From IMG/VR virus record IMGVR_UViG_3300048839_000441, positions 1 through 50,759 of that record: a stretch of 50,759 nt of DNA. One strand, written 5' to 3'. The notes under the pieces are model-generated. The model worked only from the letters and a program-made list of their open reading frames with translations, was not told where the DNA came from and did not search any database. Each line of letters opens with the position of its first letter. The stretch's first letter is position 1. Source of the stretch: a virus. Its lineage: Duplodnaviria > Caudoviricetes. Of this stretch, positions 35,829 through 45,130 are shown in pieces. The translations under genes were made by a program, and so were the position numbers.

Positions 35829-36350
35829 TAGAATAGTTTTTTTTGATTAAACATAGATTGCAAGTGTTTATGATCAGATAATTCTCTTAATGCCGTATCA
35901 TTTTTTTTCTTAAATCCCGGAGGATCCATAATAAAACATGCAATATGACGACCTGTTCCAGTTCCCGCCTCCCCGTCTTCGGTAGAGAGCCATTTTATGT
36001 CTCTCAGGTTCCTGACTGTTGCGCCTGCTTCTAACATCATCAAAACCCATTTGTCTACTGGGTACACAAAAACTACCCGCTTGCCCTTCTTAAATTCCTT
36101 AATAGCCTTCTTTGCCCATGCCGTTGGCCCGTATTTTTTATTTGTTACTCTATCCTTGTAACTCCCAAACGGAGGATTAACATAATTACTCTCCCCCCCA
36201 TTCAGCCTCAAGTCCGTTATAATCATCAGGCTTTGGATAAGGACAGGGATCATAATCAAAATCAAACTCAATTCTTAACTGCTCATATAAATCGGGCGGA
36301 GTAAGCCAGTAGTGCTTACTGTCTCTCTTATTTCCTTTGGAATATGACAT
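35828..36350 (-). pseudogene. Phage DNA N6-adenine methyltransferase (Dam-type), frameshifted at a G7 tract
   Basis: 5' frame WLTPPDLY...FDYDPC; 3' frame YVNPPF; a G6 tract at 36193-36199 would join them. Confidence 0.75.
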
Positions 36351-36371
36351 CGGTTTATCTTCTTATCTCGT

Positions 36372-36548
36372 TTACCATACCATTACTTTCATTACTTTAT
36401 CCCCTGAATTATTGATGTTTAGAGTAAACTCAGGCCAGCCGTACTGCTCCGCAATCATCGTTTTAATTGCACCCAGCTGATAAGCATTTACCTTTAACCA
36501 CACTTCAGGCTGCATCTCGCTTGTTACCCATTGTTTAAGTTCATCCAT
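36372..36548 (-). CDS. 58-aa hypothetical protein
   Basis: Hand translation MDELKQWVTSEMQPEVW... Confidence 0.5.
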   Translation of the reverse strand: MDELKQWVTSEMQPEVWLKVNAYQLGAIKTMIAEQYGWPEFTLNINNSGDKVMKVMVW

Positions 36549-37026
36549 TTGCTATAACGTACTTCTGAAGATTGTATTTCTGAACGTCGTTTGCATGTAC
36601 CCACACTGTTTTAGGCATGTCAGGATATTTAACCGCTAACCACTCCCGCCAAATACTATCACTGGTCAATGCTTCTTTACACATCTCGTCATAGGTTTTA
36701 AATTTAACAGTTCGATCATAACTGATAAAATTTGCTATTGTTGGAGTAGGGTATGGGCAGTTGTCAATAACATACGAAACGGCATCTTTCAATCTTTCAT
36801 CACAAAACCCCTTATCTTTTATTCTCTCTGACAACATATCATAAAATCCTGGAGTAAGCAATGGGAATGCCTTTGCTATTTTGGCCGTCTGATCAACCAC
36901 ACATTTAGCAGTCAACTCTCCATGATATAGGCTAATAGTTTCCTTCTCTATCTGAGGCAAAATGTTTTCCGACTGCTCCTGCAATTTCGGCAGGTGTTGC
37001 TCCAGTATTTTTTTTATTGACTCCAT
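36541..37026 (-). CDS. Possible helicase loader/inhibitor
   Basis: Immediately after the initiator; C-terminal YPTPTIANFI. Confidence 0.45.
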   Translation of the reverse strand: MESIKKILEQHLPKLQEQSENILPQIEKETISLYHGELTAKCVVDQTAKIAKAFPLLTPGFYDMLSERIKDKGFCDERLKDAVSYVIDNCPYPTPTIANFISYDRTVKFKTYDEMCKEALTSDSIWREWLAVKYPDMPKTVWVHANDVQKYNLQKYVIANG

Positions 37027-37750
37027 TATCTTTTTCCTTGAATAGTCCGTCGTAATTTTTCGATGTTGAATATAAAATCATTTTTCGCAATTCTTCTGCA
37101 TTGCCTCCGGTATCCTGCATCACTTTAATCAATAAACTTTTTAACCCGGTTTCTTTATAAGTCTGTCGTTTTTCACTTTTGTATTTCAGCCACTCTAATA
37201 TTAAACTTTTAAATTCATCACTTAAAATTAAATTATTATCACTAATAACTTTATTAAACAATAAAACATAATCAGCATCTTTATTTACATCTCCAATGCT
37301 TTTTAAACGATCTGATATCCATTCGGTCAACCGTTCGGTCAACCGTTCGGTTTCGATCTCGTTAAATTCTGATACTTTAAAGCACTTTTTCAGAAATGCA
37401 AACTCTGTTTTGTTGTATCCTCCAAGTCGTAAAAGTGCTGCAAATGTGCCTGTTATTGTATTTATTCTTCCCCGTTCTAACCGTTCGGTCATTAGGTCGC
37501 TTAGCTTTCGGTTAACCAATCGGTTATCCGTTCGCTCAAAATGGACTGAAATAACCGACCATATTTTCAAAAAATATTCATCAGATAGGCCGACCATTTT
37601 TGCTAACCGATTTATATCAGTGGGCAAACTACCCCTTTGGTGTTGGTAGCAGAGCAAGTCAATATATACACCTTTTTCATCAGGCATATACTCCGCTGTA
37701 CCCTCTAACCAATCTTTAGAGTAAAATAAAAATGCCGGGTCTTTGCTCAT
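36932..37750 (-). CDS. Replication initiator (YdaU/DUF1376-type N-terminus)
   Basis: KDPAFLFYSKDWL...EKGVYIDLLCYQ; C-terminal EWLKYKSEK...NYDGLF; internal iterons. Confidence 0.8.
   Translation of the reverse strand: MSKDPAFLFYSKDWLEGTAEYMPDEKGVYIDLLCYQHQRGSLPTDINRLAKMVGLSDEYFLKIWSVISVHFERTDNRLVNRKLSDLMTERLERGRINTITGTFAALLRLGGYNKTEFAFLKKCFKVSEFNEIETERLTERLTEWISDRLKSIGDVNKDADYVLLFNKVISDNNLILSDEFKSLILEWLKYKSEKRQTYKETGLKSLLIKVMQDTGGNAEELRKMILYSTSKNYDGLFKEKDNGVNKKNTGATPAEIAGAVGKHFASDREGNY
37317..37560. repeat. Iteron-like repeats (AACCGTTCGGTY), putative replication origin
   Basis: Tandem copies at 37329 and 37341, a variant at 37317, another copy at 37479, degenerate copies to about 37560; AT-rich flank at 37200-37270. 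Confidence 0.65.
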
Positions 37751-37752
37751 GA

Positions 37753-38310
37753 TTAGAATCCCTCTTTTGAAAGCCTATAATCAGACATGTTTTCTTCGTT
37801 AAAACTCAATCCATCATAATCATAACTATATGTAAACACACGAACGTCGCCAAAAATTTCAAAATCATCACTACGGAAATGATTAAATAAATATAAATAA
37901 TCAGAATGCGTATCTATAGTTCTGCCGATCAATACTCCTTCAATTCTAATATTAGAGGGATAATAATATTTTTTCCTCCCCTGTATTTTTGCCCTTGTCA
38001 GCCAACTCTTAATCCCGGTCATATATCTCGTAACCTGAAGCAATGATTCCATATTAATAGTGTTCTGCTTCAACTCCCATACCCTTATAACCGTTGGCTC
38101 AAATACGAACCTCTCAATACTAACAGGAACCATTGTCGGTCTTTCAAGCGTAACAAGATCAGATGTTCCATAGTTGCCAATGGTAAGCTGCCTTTTAAAT
38201 AAGTATGGGAGGGGAATTACTAATCCTTTCTTCTGTAATTTTTCATATACATCATGATCACAAAAAGAATCATAGATGATTGTTTCAAGTTCCTTTTCTA
38301 AAAATTGCAT
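37753..38310 (-). CDS. NucS/EndoMS-like PD-(D/E)xK nuclease domain protein
   Basis: EKELE, RQL.IGNYG.SDLV, VWELK, LLQVTRYM. Confidence 0.6.
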   Translation of the reverse strand: MQFLEKELETIIYDSFCDHDVYEKLQKKGLVIPLPYLFKRQLTIGNYGTSDLVTLERPTMVPVSIERFVFEPTVIRVWELKQNTINMESLLQVTRYMTGIKSWLTRAKIQGRKKYYYPSNIRIEGVLIGRTIDTHSDYLYLFNHFRSDDFEIFGDVRVFTYSYDYDGLSFNEENMSDYRLSKEGF

Positions 38311-38322
38311 GGCCTTATAAAT

Positions 38323-38424
38323 AAAAGAGCCCTTTCAATACAATGGCTAACCCGTGACGCACGGCATCGCATTTACTCAGGCTCAATATTTTTGTGATTT
38401 GCGTCATTAGATGTATTGTTAGCT
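38323..38424 (-). ncRNA. C4/CI-like structured leader RNA, copy 2
   Basis: Same architecture as 16996-17098 with compensatory changes; promoter TACATTTG at 38429-38436. Confidence 0.7.
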
Positions 38425-38440
38425 GATACAAATGTACAAA

Positions 38441-38551
38441 CTATTTTTTAATCTTCCGCTTTTTTGGCAAAGATTTTTCTGTCACCGGTTTGATTATCCC
38501 GGCGAGTAGGTTGAATAGTTCTTCAGGGGTTAATTGCGCGGCGGGTTTCAT
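38441..38551 (-). CDS. 36-aa basic peptide
   Basis: MKPAAQLTPEELFNLLAGIIKPVTEKSLPKKRKIKK; ATGA-coupled. Confidence 0.45.
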   Translation of the reverse strand: MKPAAQLTPEELFNLLAGIIKPVTEKSLPKKRKIKK

Positions 38552-39036
38552 AGCTTACTTAAAAATCTCTGATACTCATCTTCAATCGCCAAAATTACCC
38601 GGTCAGATGTGGCCTTATCTTTATACAAAACTTGGATCACCTCGCCGTAAATGAAGGGTAATTGATTGCGCACATATTCCTCAAATGACTTTTGAGACAT
38701 CCGGCCAAATGCGATTGACTGGTATTCAATGAACTTTGTGCCGTCCTTAAACTCAAAGATGATTTTGTATTCACCTTTCAGATGTTTCAAAAATTGATAG
38801 AATCGGTCTTTGGGAATTGTCTCTTTAAATGTTTTCGGGAGCCAGTCGTAAATATAACCTATCAAAGAAAAGTAAGCCCGGTGAAAATTAAGGTCCCGTG
38901 CGCTCACCTCCTGAAAGGTTAGAACCTCCCCGGAGTGGCAGTTATCTAACAGCGAATGAGCAGCCTCATTTACCGGAAGATAACCGCCACCCACAGGAGT
39001 GAGTTCAATTAGTTTCGTGTAATCAGTGTCTTTCAT
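38548..39036 (-). CDS. DUF1367/NinB-like recombination-associated protein
   Basis: RDLNFHRAYF...SIAFGRMSQKSFEEY. Confidence 0.65.
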   Translation of the reverse strand: MKDTDYTKLIELTPVGGGYLPVNEAAHSLLDNCHSGEVLTFQEVSARDLNFHRAYFSLIGYIYDWLPKTFKETIPKDRFYQFLKHLKGEYKIIFEFKDGTKFIEYQSIAFGRMSQKSFEEYVRNQLPFIYGEVIQVLYKDKATSDRVILAIEDEYQRFLSKL

Positions 39037-39251
39037 TTCACCGTTCCTTCACCTTCATACAACTCATACCGGCTGCGCTTTTCTTTCAACTCTTTCATTG
39101 ACCGAAAAAAGTACGTCGCCCGGAGGCGGGGGATAGTCAGCATGACCTTCCCCCTTATGTCTCCGCACTTGGCAATCTGCCGTATCTTCTGCTTGTCTGT
39201 AAAAGCCCTTTCCCTGTCGGTCATCTGGGCTTCATCGTCGAGATTTTTCAT
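39033..39251 (-). CDS. Hypothetical protein
   Basis: Coupled ORF. Confidence 0.55.
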   Translation of the reverse strand: MKNLDDEAQMTDRERAFTDKQKIRQIAKCGDIRGKVMLTIPRLRATYFFRSMKELKEKRSRYELYEGEGTVK

Positions 39252-39613
39252 CAGAACGGCAATTTATCAATCTCATCACTGACCTCCATACTTGAAGTAG
39301 GTTCCGGCTCGGTCCATTCACCCCATACCCTAAGATTGCCAAGTATAGGAAGAGCTTTTTTCTGATCATCAGTCAGTACCTCATATACTTCTTTTGGCAA
39401 TGACTGTTTTACCAAGTGGGTATCTTTACTTTCTCCTTTCTTTTCTTTCAGCTCAAAGGCCGTAAGGTCCAGATAAATACCCTTTTCGCCCCTAAAAAAA
39501 TGGTTTGCATCAATAGGGAGTACAACGCAATCAATAGGTCCGTTTGCCCCGTCCATGCGACGGATAGCAGCTTTAAGCTGCATTAAATTTAATTTTCCTG
39601 AGATAGTTGACAT
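39251..39613 (-). CDS. Single-stranded DNA-binding protein-like
   Basis: GEKGIYLDL...PILGN; acidic tail ending DKLPF; in the recombination module. Confidence 0.7.
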   Translation of the reverse strand: MSTISGKLNLMQLKAAIRRMDGANGPIDCVVLPIDANHFFRGEKGIYLDLTAFELKEKKGESKDTHLVKQSLPKEVYEVLTDDQKKALPILGNLRVWGEWTEPEPTSSMEVSDEIDKLPF

Positions 39614-39615
39614 GA

Positions 39616-40185
39616 TTATTCTGTTTTTGGTTCTTCGTCAAGGTCAGCAAGTTTATCCTCCCGCTTAACCTCAGGGAGTGTATTATACATTATTTTGTCG
39701 GCCCGGTTCATGTCCTTGCCAAACAGTTTACCGATTTTTTCTGCTGCATCTTTTACGGCATAACTTTCGGCAGCGGGAGCAGCTTTCATCACTGCATCAC
39801 TTTTTGCTTTATCCCACTGCATTGCTCCGGCCCCCTTGTCGGTTTGAATCGGTGCGGCACCTATGCCGTCCTGCCACAGTAGATCATTAGAAAGAACGTC
39901 CTGATAAAACAGCCTTACGGTCACTACAACTGAATTAGCAATGACCTGCACCTGCCTGACCTCAACGTTCCACTTTTTGAATATCCGGGTCAGCATGTAT
40001 TCAATCCTTTCAATAGGCAGGTATTTCACGCCCTTTGCCATTGGATGATCTTTTAACCATGCCTTTGGCGGTTCTTCATTCAATAGCCGGTTAAGTTCAT
40101 TCTGTTGCCATTTCAGGGCAATGTCTCCGGCAACTAAATCCTGAATTGTTGGCAGCTTTATCACTGCCGGTGTTTGGTTTTCCAT
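39616..40185 (-). CDS. Single-strand annealing protein (Rad52/Sak-like)
   Basis: YLPIERIE...VVVTVRL...QDGIG...AAESYAVKDAAEKIG..FG.D; adjacent to the exonuclease. Confidence 0.75.
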   Translation of the reverse strand: MENQTPAVIKLPTIQDLVAGDIALKWQQNELNRLLNEEPPKAWLKDHPMAKGVKYLPIERIEYMLTRIFKKWNVEVRQVQVIANSVVVTVRLFYQDVLSNDLLWQDGIGAAPIQTDKGAGAMQWDKAKSDAVMKAAPAAESYAVKDAAEKIGKLFGKDMNRADKIMYNTLPEVKREDKLADLDEEPKTE

Positions 40186-40188
40186 GTC

Positions 40189-41103
40189 TTAGATTTTATG
40201 ATTAAAAAATTCAATTTTCTTTACTGCCCACGGCGGAAGGTTCAGTTCAACGTTACCGGACTTCCACGGACAAAATACCTGGTATCCGGGCCAGCGGCCT
40301 TCTTTCAGGCACATTTGATAGAGTTTCAGGAGTTGTTCGTATTCATACCTGCCCTGTCCGATAAATTGCGGTGAGGCCTCGAAGATGTTAAACGCATAAG
40401 GTTTGCGTTTTTCCTGAGCAATGAAATAAAATGACCAGCCCCGGCCGTCACCCGTGATCATCTCCAAAAGGTCAGAATAAAGTGCAGCCTGAATATGATA
40501 CCCTCCATCAGCAGCCGCACGGGCGAAACCGTCAATCGAAGCATCAAAGGTTGTTTTCAGATCAATGATAAAGTGTTTTTCTGGTCTGATATAATCCGGC
40601 CTGCCTTTCAGGTTAATATCTCCTTCAGTTGTATGAAGGACCCCGGTTATTGATTTCTCCGGTTCACCTTTTGAGAGTAAAGCCCTGCAATAATAATGCT
40701 GCATCAGCTTTTCTTTCATGTCTTTGATCTTCTGGAAGTCAGATTTGTCAATGGTTTTTCTGTCACCTATCAGTCTCATTTCGGATTCCTGCCACTCTTT
40801 GTATTGCTTGGTATTTCTGGGCGACTTGAATCCTTCGCCTATGAGTACCTGATAAATTGCATCATCATCAAAAACGTAATAAGTCTGCTCAAACTTTTCA
40901 GGTTCCAGGATATAGGTATGATAGGCCGAACCAAAAGCCATCGCATCAGTCTCAACTTCGGCAGGTTCATCTTTGTATTGCTTGTAATGTGCCGGGGAGG
41001 TTTTCAGATTCTTCAGACCTGAGTAGGAAATAAAATCTTTCAGGTCATAGTAATCTTCTTTTGCTGTAACGGGCGTAAACCCTGTAATAAATTCGCTTTC
41101 CAT
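40189..41103 (-). CDS. RecE/exonuclease VIII-like nuclease (DUF3799)
   Basis: ISYSGLK, FGSAYH..ILEP, KGRPD, IIDLKTT, YHIQAALY. Confidence 0.88.
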   Translation of the reverse strand: MESEFITGFTPVTAKEDYYDLKDFISYSGLKNLKTSPAHYKQYKDEPAEVETDAMAFGSAYHTYILEPEKFEQTYYVFDDDAIYQVLIGEGFKSPRNTKQYKEWQESEMRLIGDRKTIDKSDFQKIKDMKEKLMQHYYCRALLSKGEPEKSITGVLHTTEGDINLKGRPDYIRPEKHFIIDLKTTFDASIDGFARAAADGGYHIQAALYSDLLEMITGDGRGWSFYFIAQEKRKPYAFNIFEASPQFIGQGRYEYEQLLKLYQMCLKEGRWPGYQVFCPWKSGNVELNLPPWAVKKIEFFNHKI

Positions 41104-41119
41104 ATCTTAAAGATAGTTA

Positions 41120-41371
41120 TTATTTCTTTATCTCAATGTTGTCAACAATGATTAATTTGTTGCGTTCCAATATGCCGGTCCCTTCATATGTGAGGCCGTT
41201 TTGCGTTGCCGTCATCAGGTAATAAGTTGTAGTTCCGTCACGGTCAATGACTGACTTTTTGGTCCAGTATAGCTCATTCCATTTCGGCATCTCATTTGAC
41301 GGTTCAGGTGCGGTCATTTCTTCTCTCCACGCCCTGTCACGGGTCAGCCAGTGGTTTTCTATTGCTTGCAT
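41120..41371 (-). CDS. Hypothetical protein
   Basis: Co-oriented ORF. Confidence 0.55.
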   Translation of the reverse strand: MQAIENHWLTRDRAWREEMTAPEPSNEMPKWNELYWTKKSVIDRDGTTTYYLMTATQNGLTYEGTGILERNKLIIVDNIEIKK

Positions 41372-41373
41372 GA

Positions 41374-41667
41374 TTAGGCTTTTTTGAAGATTACGTATTT
41401 GCCGTCACCACGAAGCCTTGACGAACAATGGGGACGTGAGAAATTAAAGCAATTGATCGTTAAAAATGCACATCCGTCACAACCATTTTCATCTGAGACC
41501 TCAACCTCCCGATACGGATCACCGTTAATGATTACGGTGTCTATTGTCTTCAACTCTTCAACTTCCGGCCACACGATCCCCGGAGTATCCAGCAGCTTCT
41601 TCATCTTGTCCGATGCGGTCTGCATCTCTGGCAGGCACTGTTTTAATTCATCTGCGATAGTTGTCAT
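41374..41667 (-). CDS. Hypothetical protein with a Cys cluster
   Basis: CDGCAF...C...C. Confidence 0.6.
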   Translation of the reverse strand: MTTIADELKQCLPEMQTASDKMKKLLDTPGIVWPEVEELKTIDTVIINGDPYREVEVSDENGCDGCAFLTINCFNFSRPHCSSRLRGDGKYVIFKKA

Positions 41668-42704
41668 AACTCGTTGGTTTTCTCAACAATATACGAATTT
41701 ATTTTCAATATCAGCGCATGAACTGAGGATAAAATTACCTGTGCCTCAGTAGTTTTTACCTGTGGCAATGGGAATGATTTCAGATCCTCAGCCAGCTTCA
41801 GTAACTTGTCTTTATCGGGTGCGGCAGCGGCTTTCTTTGCGGCAGCTATACGGGCTTTTTCTTCTGCAATAGCACGTTCTTCAGCTTCTTTCTGCGCCCT
41901 TGCCTCGGCTTCTCTCTTTGCTCTTAGTTCAGCTTCGGCTTTTTCTTTTTCAAGCCTTGCCGCTTCAAGTTGCTCCCTATCCTTTTTTGCCTGTTCAAGC
42001 ATCTTCGCTTCGGCTTCTTTGCGGGCCTTCTCTGCTTTCTCTTTTTCAGCCTGTAACTTTTTGCGTTCAATCTCCTGCCTGCGCTCAAGTTCTTCACGCT
42101 CTTTTCTCAGCCTTTCGTTTTCAAGTCTGATCTCTTCCTGGCGTTTCTTCTCTGCTTCAATCGCCGCGAGTCTGTCCTCTTCAGCCTTGCGCTCAGCAGC
42201 TTTGCGATTTTCGTACTGAAGCTTCACACCTGCGAGATAGTTTTCCCAAACATCGGAGGCCATTTCGCCGAGCATAATCAGAGATCCGTCAACTTCATAT
42301 TTCTCAAGTTCGGCAACTCTTTCGGCTCTCAGTTTGGCTTTACGTTCTTTCTCAATGTTCTCCCAATATTTTTCAATACCTTCAAGGGTTTCTTCCACCT
42401 GTTCAATGGGTGTAGTCTCTTTGTTCTTCCATGCGTCAACGTAACGCCCGGCAGCGAGATAAAACGCTTTCTGTGTCCGGTGAATATCGGCAATGCCAGT
42501 TCTGACTTTAACAAACTTAAGCCTTAATGCCTTCGCCCGTACGCATAGCTCAGGTGTAATTTCTTCAGTGATCAAGGTTTCATAAACCTGCATCAGTCCG
42601 TCACGTTCAATGATCTTCGGCATAAACGCTTCTTCAATGGTTTTCACTTGTGCCTCTTGTAACCCGTATTCAGCAGGGTTAATCTTTGCGATTTCAGTTG
42701 TCAT
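41664..42704 (-). CDS. Coiled-coil protein of the recombination module
   Basis: Long E/K/R/A-rich helix; APDKDKL C-terminal domain. Confidence 0.7.
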   Translation of the reverse strand: MTTEIAKINPAEYGLQEAQVKTIEEAFMPKIIERDGLMQVYETLITEEITPELCVRAKALRLKFVKVRTGIADIHRTQKAFYLAAGRYVDAWKNKETTPIEQVEETLEGIEKYWENIEKERKAKLRAERVAELEKYEVDGSLIMLGEMASDVWENYLAGVKLQYENRKAAERKAEEDRLAAIEAEKKRQEEIRLENERLRKEREELERRQEIERKKLQAEKEKAEKARKEAEAKMLEQAKKDREQLEAARLEKEKAEAELRAKREAEARAQKEAEERAIAEEKARIAAAKKAAAAPDKDKLLKLAEDLKSFPLPQVKTTEAQVILSSVHALILKINSYIVEKTNEL

Positions 42705-42715
42705 CTTTGTAGGTT

Positions 42716-42802
42716 TTAATTTATTATTCCGATTAAAGTTATCACTAAAAAATAAGCCGTGCCGACTATCAGCAGGGCTTTGGTTAAGTTAATTCTTTTC
42801 AT
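42716..42802 (-). CDS. 28-aa single-TM peptide
   Basis: MKRINLTKALLIVGTAYFLVITLIGIIN; first ORF after the promoter at 42823. Confidence 0.55.
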   Translation of the reverse strand: MKRINLTKALLIVGTAYFLVITLIGIIN

Positions 42803-42822
42803 CTCGTTTGATTTTGATAGGT

Positions 42823-42870
42823 GCAATTAATAAAATGTTTTTCGCAAAATCAATGACTTCCGTCATGTTT
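42823..42870 (-). promoter_or_regulatory. Promoter plus operator CAATGACTTCCGTCATGTTT
   Basis: ATGAC-n4-GTCAT palindrome; flanking ATAGGTGCAATT also at 45498. Confidence 0.65.
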
Positions 42871-42882
42871 GTAGAAATAATA

Positions 42883-43311
42883 TCACGCTTCAATCATCTT
42901 TTTACCCGTCAATGAGCAGTAAGTTTCGGCCAAAAGTTTCAAATCATCTATTCTTTTGAATAGCATTTCGGCCAGTTCTTTATCGGTTTGCACCTTCAAT
43001 ATAATTTCCTCCGGGTTCATCATGCTGTTTATTTCTTTGATGTAGCCCTCTATTTTGCTGTTAAAACGCCTTTCGGTCTCCCTGCGATCAGAGATAGCCT
43101 TAACAGAGTGAATAGCCGTAGAGTGGTTTAAATTGAATATACCGGCTATCTCAGTCCATGTCAGCCTGTAAAAAAAGATACTCGCCAAATAAAAGCATAT
43201 TTGCCGGGCCGTCCTTATCCCTTCTTTACGACTTCTGATTGTCCGGGCCGCCTCCCAATCCTGAAACCCTTCCTTTGCTACAATGTAGCGACACATTTCC
43301 TGATAGGTCAT
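42883..43311 (-). CDS. DnaA C-terminal-like HTH protein
   Basis: ARQICFYLA...TEIAGIFNLNHSTAIHSVKAI. Confidence 0.8.
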   Translation of the reverse strand: MTYQEMCRYIVAKEGFQDWEAARTIRSRKEGIRTARQICFYLASIFFYRLTWTEIAGIFNLNHSTAIHSVKAISDRRETERRFNSKIEGYIKEINSMMNPEEIILKVQTDKELAEMLFKRIDDLKLLAETYCSLTGKKMIEA

Positions 43312-43991
43312 ATCAATAGTCTGTTTAGGTTTCTCTTCTGGTCAATAACCGTAAACTCTTTTAGGGCTTCAATGAGTTGCATCAGTTTTTCTTTTGACGG
43401 CTCCGGGAGGTGATTATTCCCGCTATCAGCCCCGATATTCACCTGCTTTGGTTCACAGATTTTAATGATGTCAACAAGCAGGTCAACATCAAAATCCATT
43501 ACAGGCTCAATAGTCACATACACATCAAAAGGCCACTCCCGTAAAAACAACGCACGGTCCTTCGGCCCCGGAGTGCAACCCATTTGCGGATACCATCGGT
43601 TTGTTTCAATGGTCGTGCAAAACTTTGTATCAGTTGTCAGGTGATTAAAAAAGTCTGAAAAACGGCGGGGATTCTTACTCTGAAAGAGGTAGGTGTTATT
43701 GAAGTCCATACACCGGAGGAGAGTTTCGGCAATCCACGGGTCCGGTATTTCTTCTGCCCACATATCACAGGACGAACCGACAAAGATTGTATGTCCTTGT
43801 TCCAGGTCGGTCATCATCTCTTTATGGTCAAACCTTACCGGCTTCTGTTTTCCCCATTTATGCATATAGCAATACTGGCAGTCATGCGGGCACTGCCCCT
43901 TGATTGTATTCCATGTGTGAGTAACCCATGAATACATATTGCCTTTTGATACGTTTAATCCCATATCGTTTATTTTTAAGTTATGCTGCAA
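43308..43991 (-). CDS. Radical SAM protein (DUF5131/Gp37Gp68-like)
   Basis: TWNTIKGQCPHDCQYCY (CxxxCxxC), IFVGSSCD, QSKNP, TIEP. Confidence 0.8.
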   Translation of the reverse strand: MQHNLKINDMGLNVSKGNMYSWVTHTWNTIKGQCPHDCQYCYMHKWGKQKPVRFDHKEMMTDLEQGHTIFVGSSCDMWAEEIPDPWIAETLLRCMDFNNTYLFQSKNPRRFSDFFNHLTTDTKFCTTIETNRWYPQMGCTPGPKDRALFLREWPFDVYVTIEPVMDFDVDLLVDIIKICEPKQVNIGADSGNNHLPEPSKEKLMQLIEALKEFTVIDQKRNLNRLLI

Positions 43992-44280
43992 TTAACAGTT
44001 GAATGATATCTTTGTCCGGCTCATGGTCAAGTGAGCGCACGACGCATTTAATGTATGAAATCCGCCGTTTCTTTGCCTGTCTCTGATAGTACCTCAGTTT
44101 TACCCCTCTCCCTAAGTCAATTGTAAAAGCTACCGGAAGAAGTCCAGCGACAAAAACAAATCCCACGACTGAGGCCGGAAGTACCGCCGCCGTTGTCAAC
44201 TCTCGCCAGCCTCTGGAATCACTGATTAAAAGTGAAGGATTGATAGGTTGCTTCTTTAAAATATAGTGAGTGTAGTTCAT
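43981..44280 (-). CDS. Hypothetical protein
   Basis: Co-oriented ORF. Confidence 0.5.
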   Translation of the reverse strand: MNYTHYILKKQPINPSLLISDSRGWRELTTAAVLPASVVGFVFVAGLLPVAFTIDLGRGVKLRYYQRQAKKRRISYIKCVVRSLDHEPDKDIIQLLIAA

Positions 44281-44294
44281 GGTCTACGAATCAC

Positions 44295-44543
44295 TTAATC
44301 CTCAAAACCATCCAGTATTACATGGCATTTATTGTCATACATAACGGTAACAAATTTATGCCTCACCTTATTCCCTAAGCAAGTTTTTGCTTTTTTATAA
44401 TAAGGTTTAGAGACTACCGTCACTAACTTAGCATGCTCAAATGCTGTCCCCGCCAATCGTGGTTCGTCTTTACTCCCGATAGTAAACGAATAGCTGTTGT
44501 CAATGGGAAATCCCTGTTCTCCGATTTTAAGATTTGTTCTCAT
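44295..44543 (-). CDS. Hypothetical protein
   Basis: Co-oriented ORF. Confidence 0.55.
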   Translation of the reverse strand: MRTNLKIGEQGFPIDNSYSFTIGSKDEPRLAGTAFEHAKLVTVVSKPYYKKAKTCLGNKVRHKFVTVMYDNKCHVILDGFED

Positions 44544-44558
44544 CTTCTGTTTTATTAG

Positions 44559-44936
44559 TTAGTTTGATTCAATTATTTGCCACTCGCCGTTAACCTTCTT
44601 TCTGTATCTCGGTTCATGGCTTTCGTATGGTTTTAATTTCTTTACCTTTTTGATCTTCAGATTTACGGCCTTTTTTCTTTTCAGTTTCTTTTTGTGCCAC
44701 TCCTTTTTGACCTTAACTTCATGCTCACAATGGAATTTATAATGACAGTCACGGCAAAGAGTTATAAGGCTTTTATTAGGATACTCCCACGGCTCCCGTC
44801 CTTCGACATAATATGTGTGATGTATCTGCAAATCTTTCTTTGATCCACAAACAGTACACTTTCGTTTGTCCCGGCGAAGTATTGCGGCCCGTTTTATTTT
44901 CCATTTGGGATTAAGGAGTTTATCCAAGTACTTCAT
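44559..44936 (-). CDS. HNH endonuclease
   Basis: W..KR..IL.RD..KCTVCG...LQIHH...LITLCRDCH. Confidence 0.85.
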   Translation of the reverse strand: MKYLDKLLNPKWKIKRAAILRRDKRKCTVCGSKKDLQIHHTYYVEGREPWEYPNKSLITLCRDCHYKFHCEHEVKVKKEWHKKKLKRKKAVNLKIKKVKKLKPYESHEPRYRKKVNGEWQIIESN

Positions 44937-45130
44937 TTGTTCAGCACCTTAAACTCTTTCCCTGTGTGCGCATTTGTCACCACCCACTTGCCGTTAAGAA
45001 AGTTAAACATCAGGTCATGTGAGATAAATGACTTCTTCCCATCAGCCTCGGCTTGCCTGCAGTAGGCTTTCTGCTTTTCGTTTAAGATGATCTCAGGCAT
45101 TCTTTTTGTATTTTGCTGTTGTGTAATCAA
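44933..45130 (-). CDS. Hypothetical protein
   Basis: Coupled ORF; start may be at MPEII. Confidence 0.5.
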   Translation of the reverse strand: MITQQQNTKRMPEIILNEKQKAYCRQAEADGKKSFISHDLMFNFLNGKWVVTNAHTGKEFKVLNK

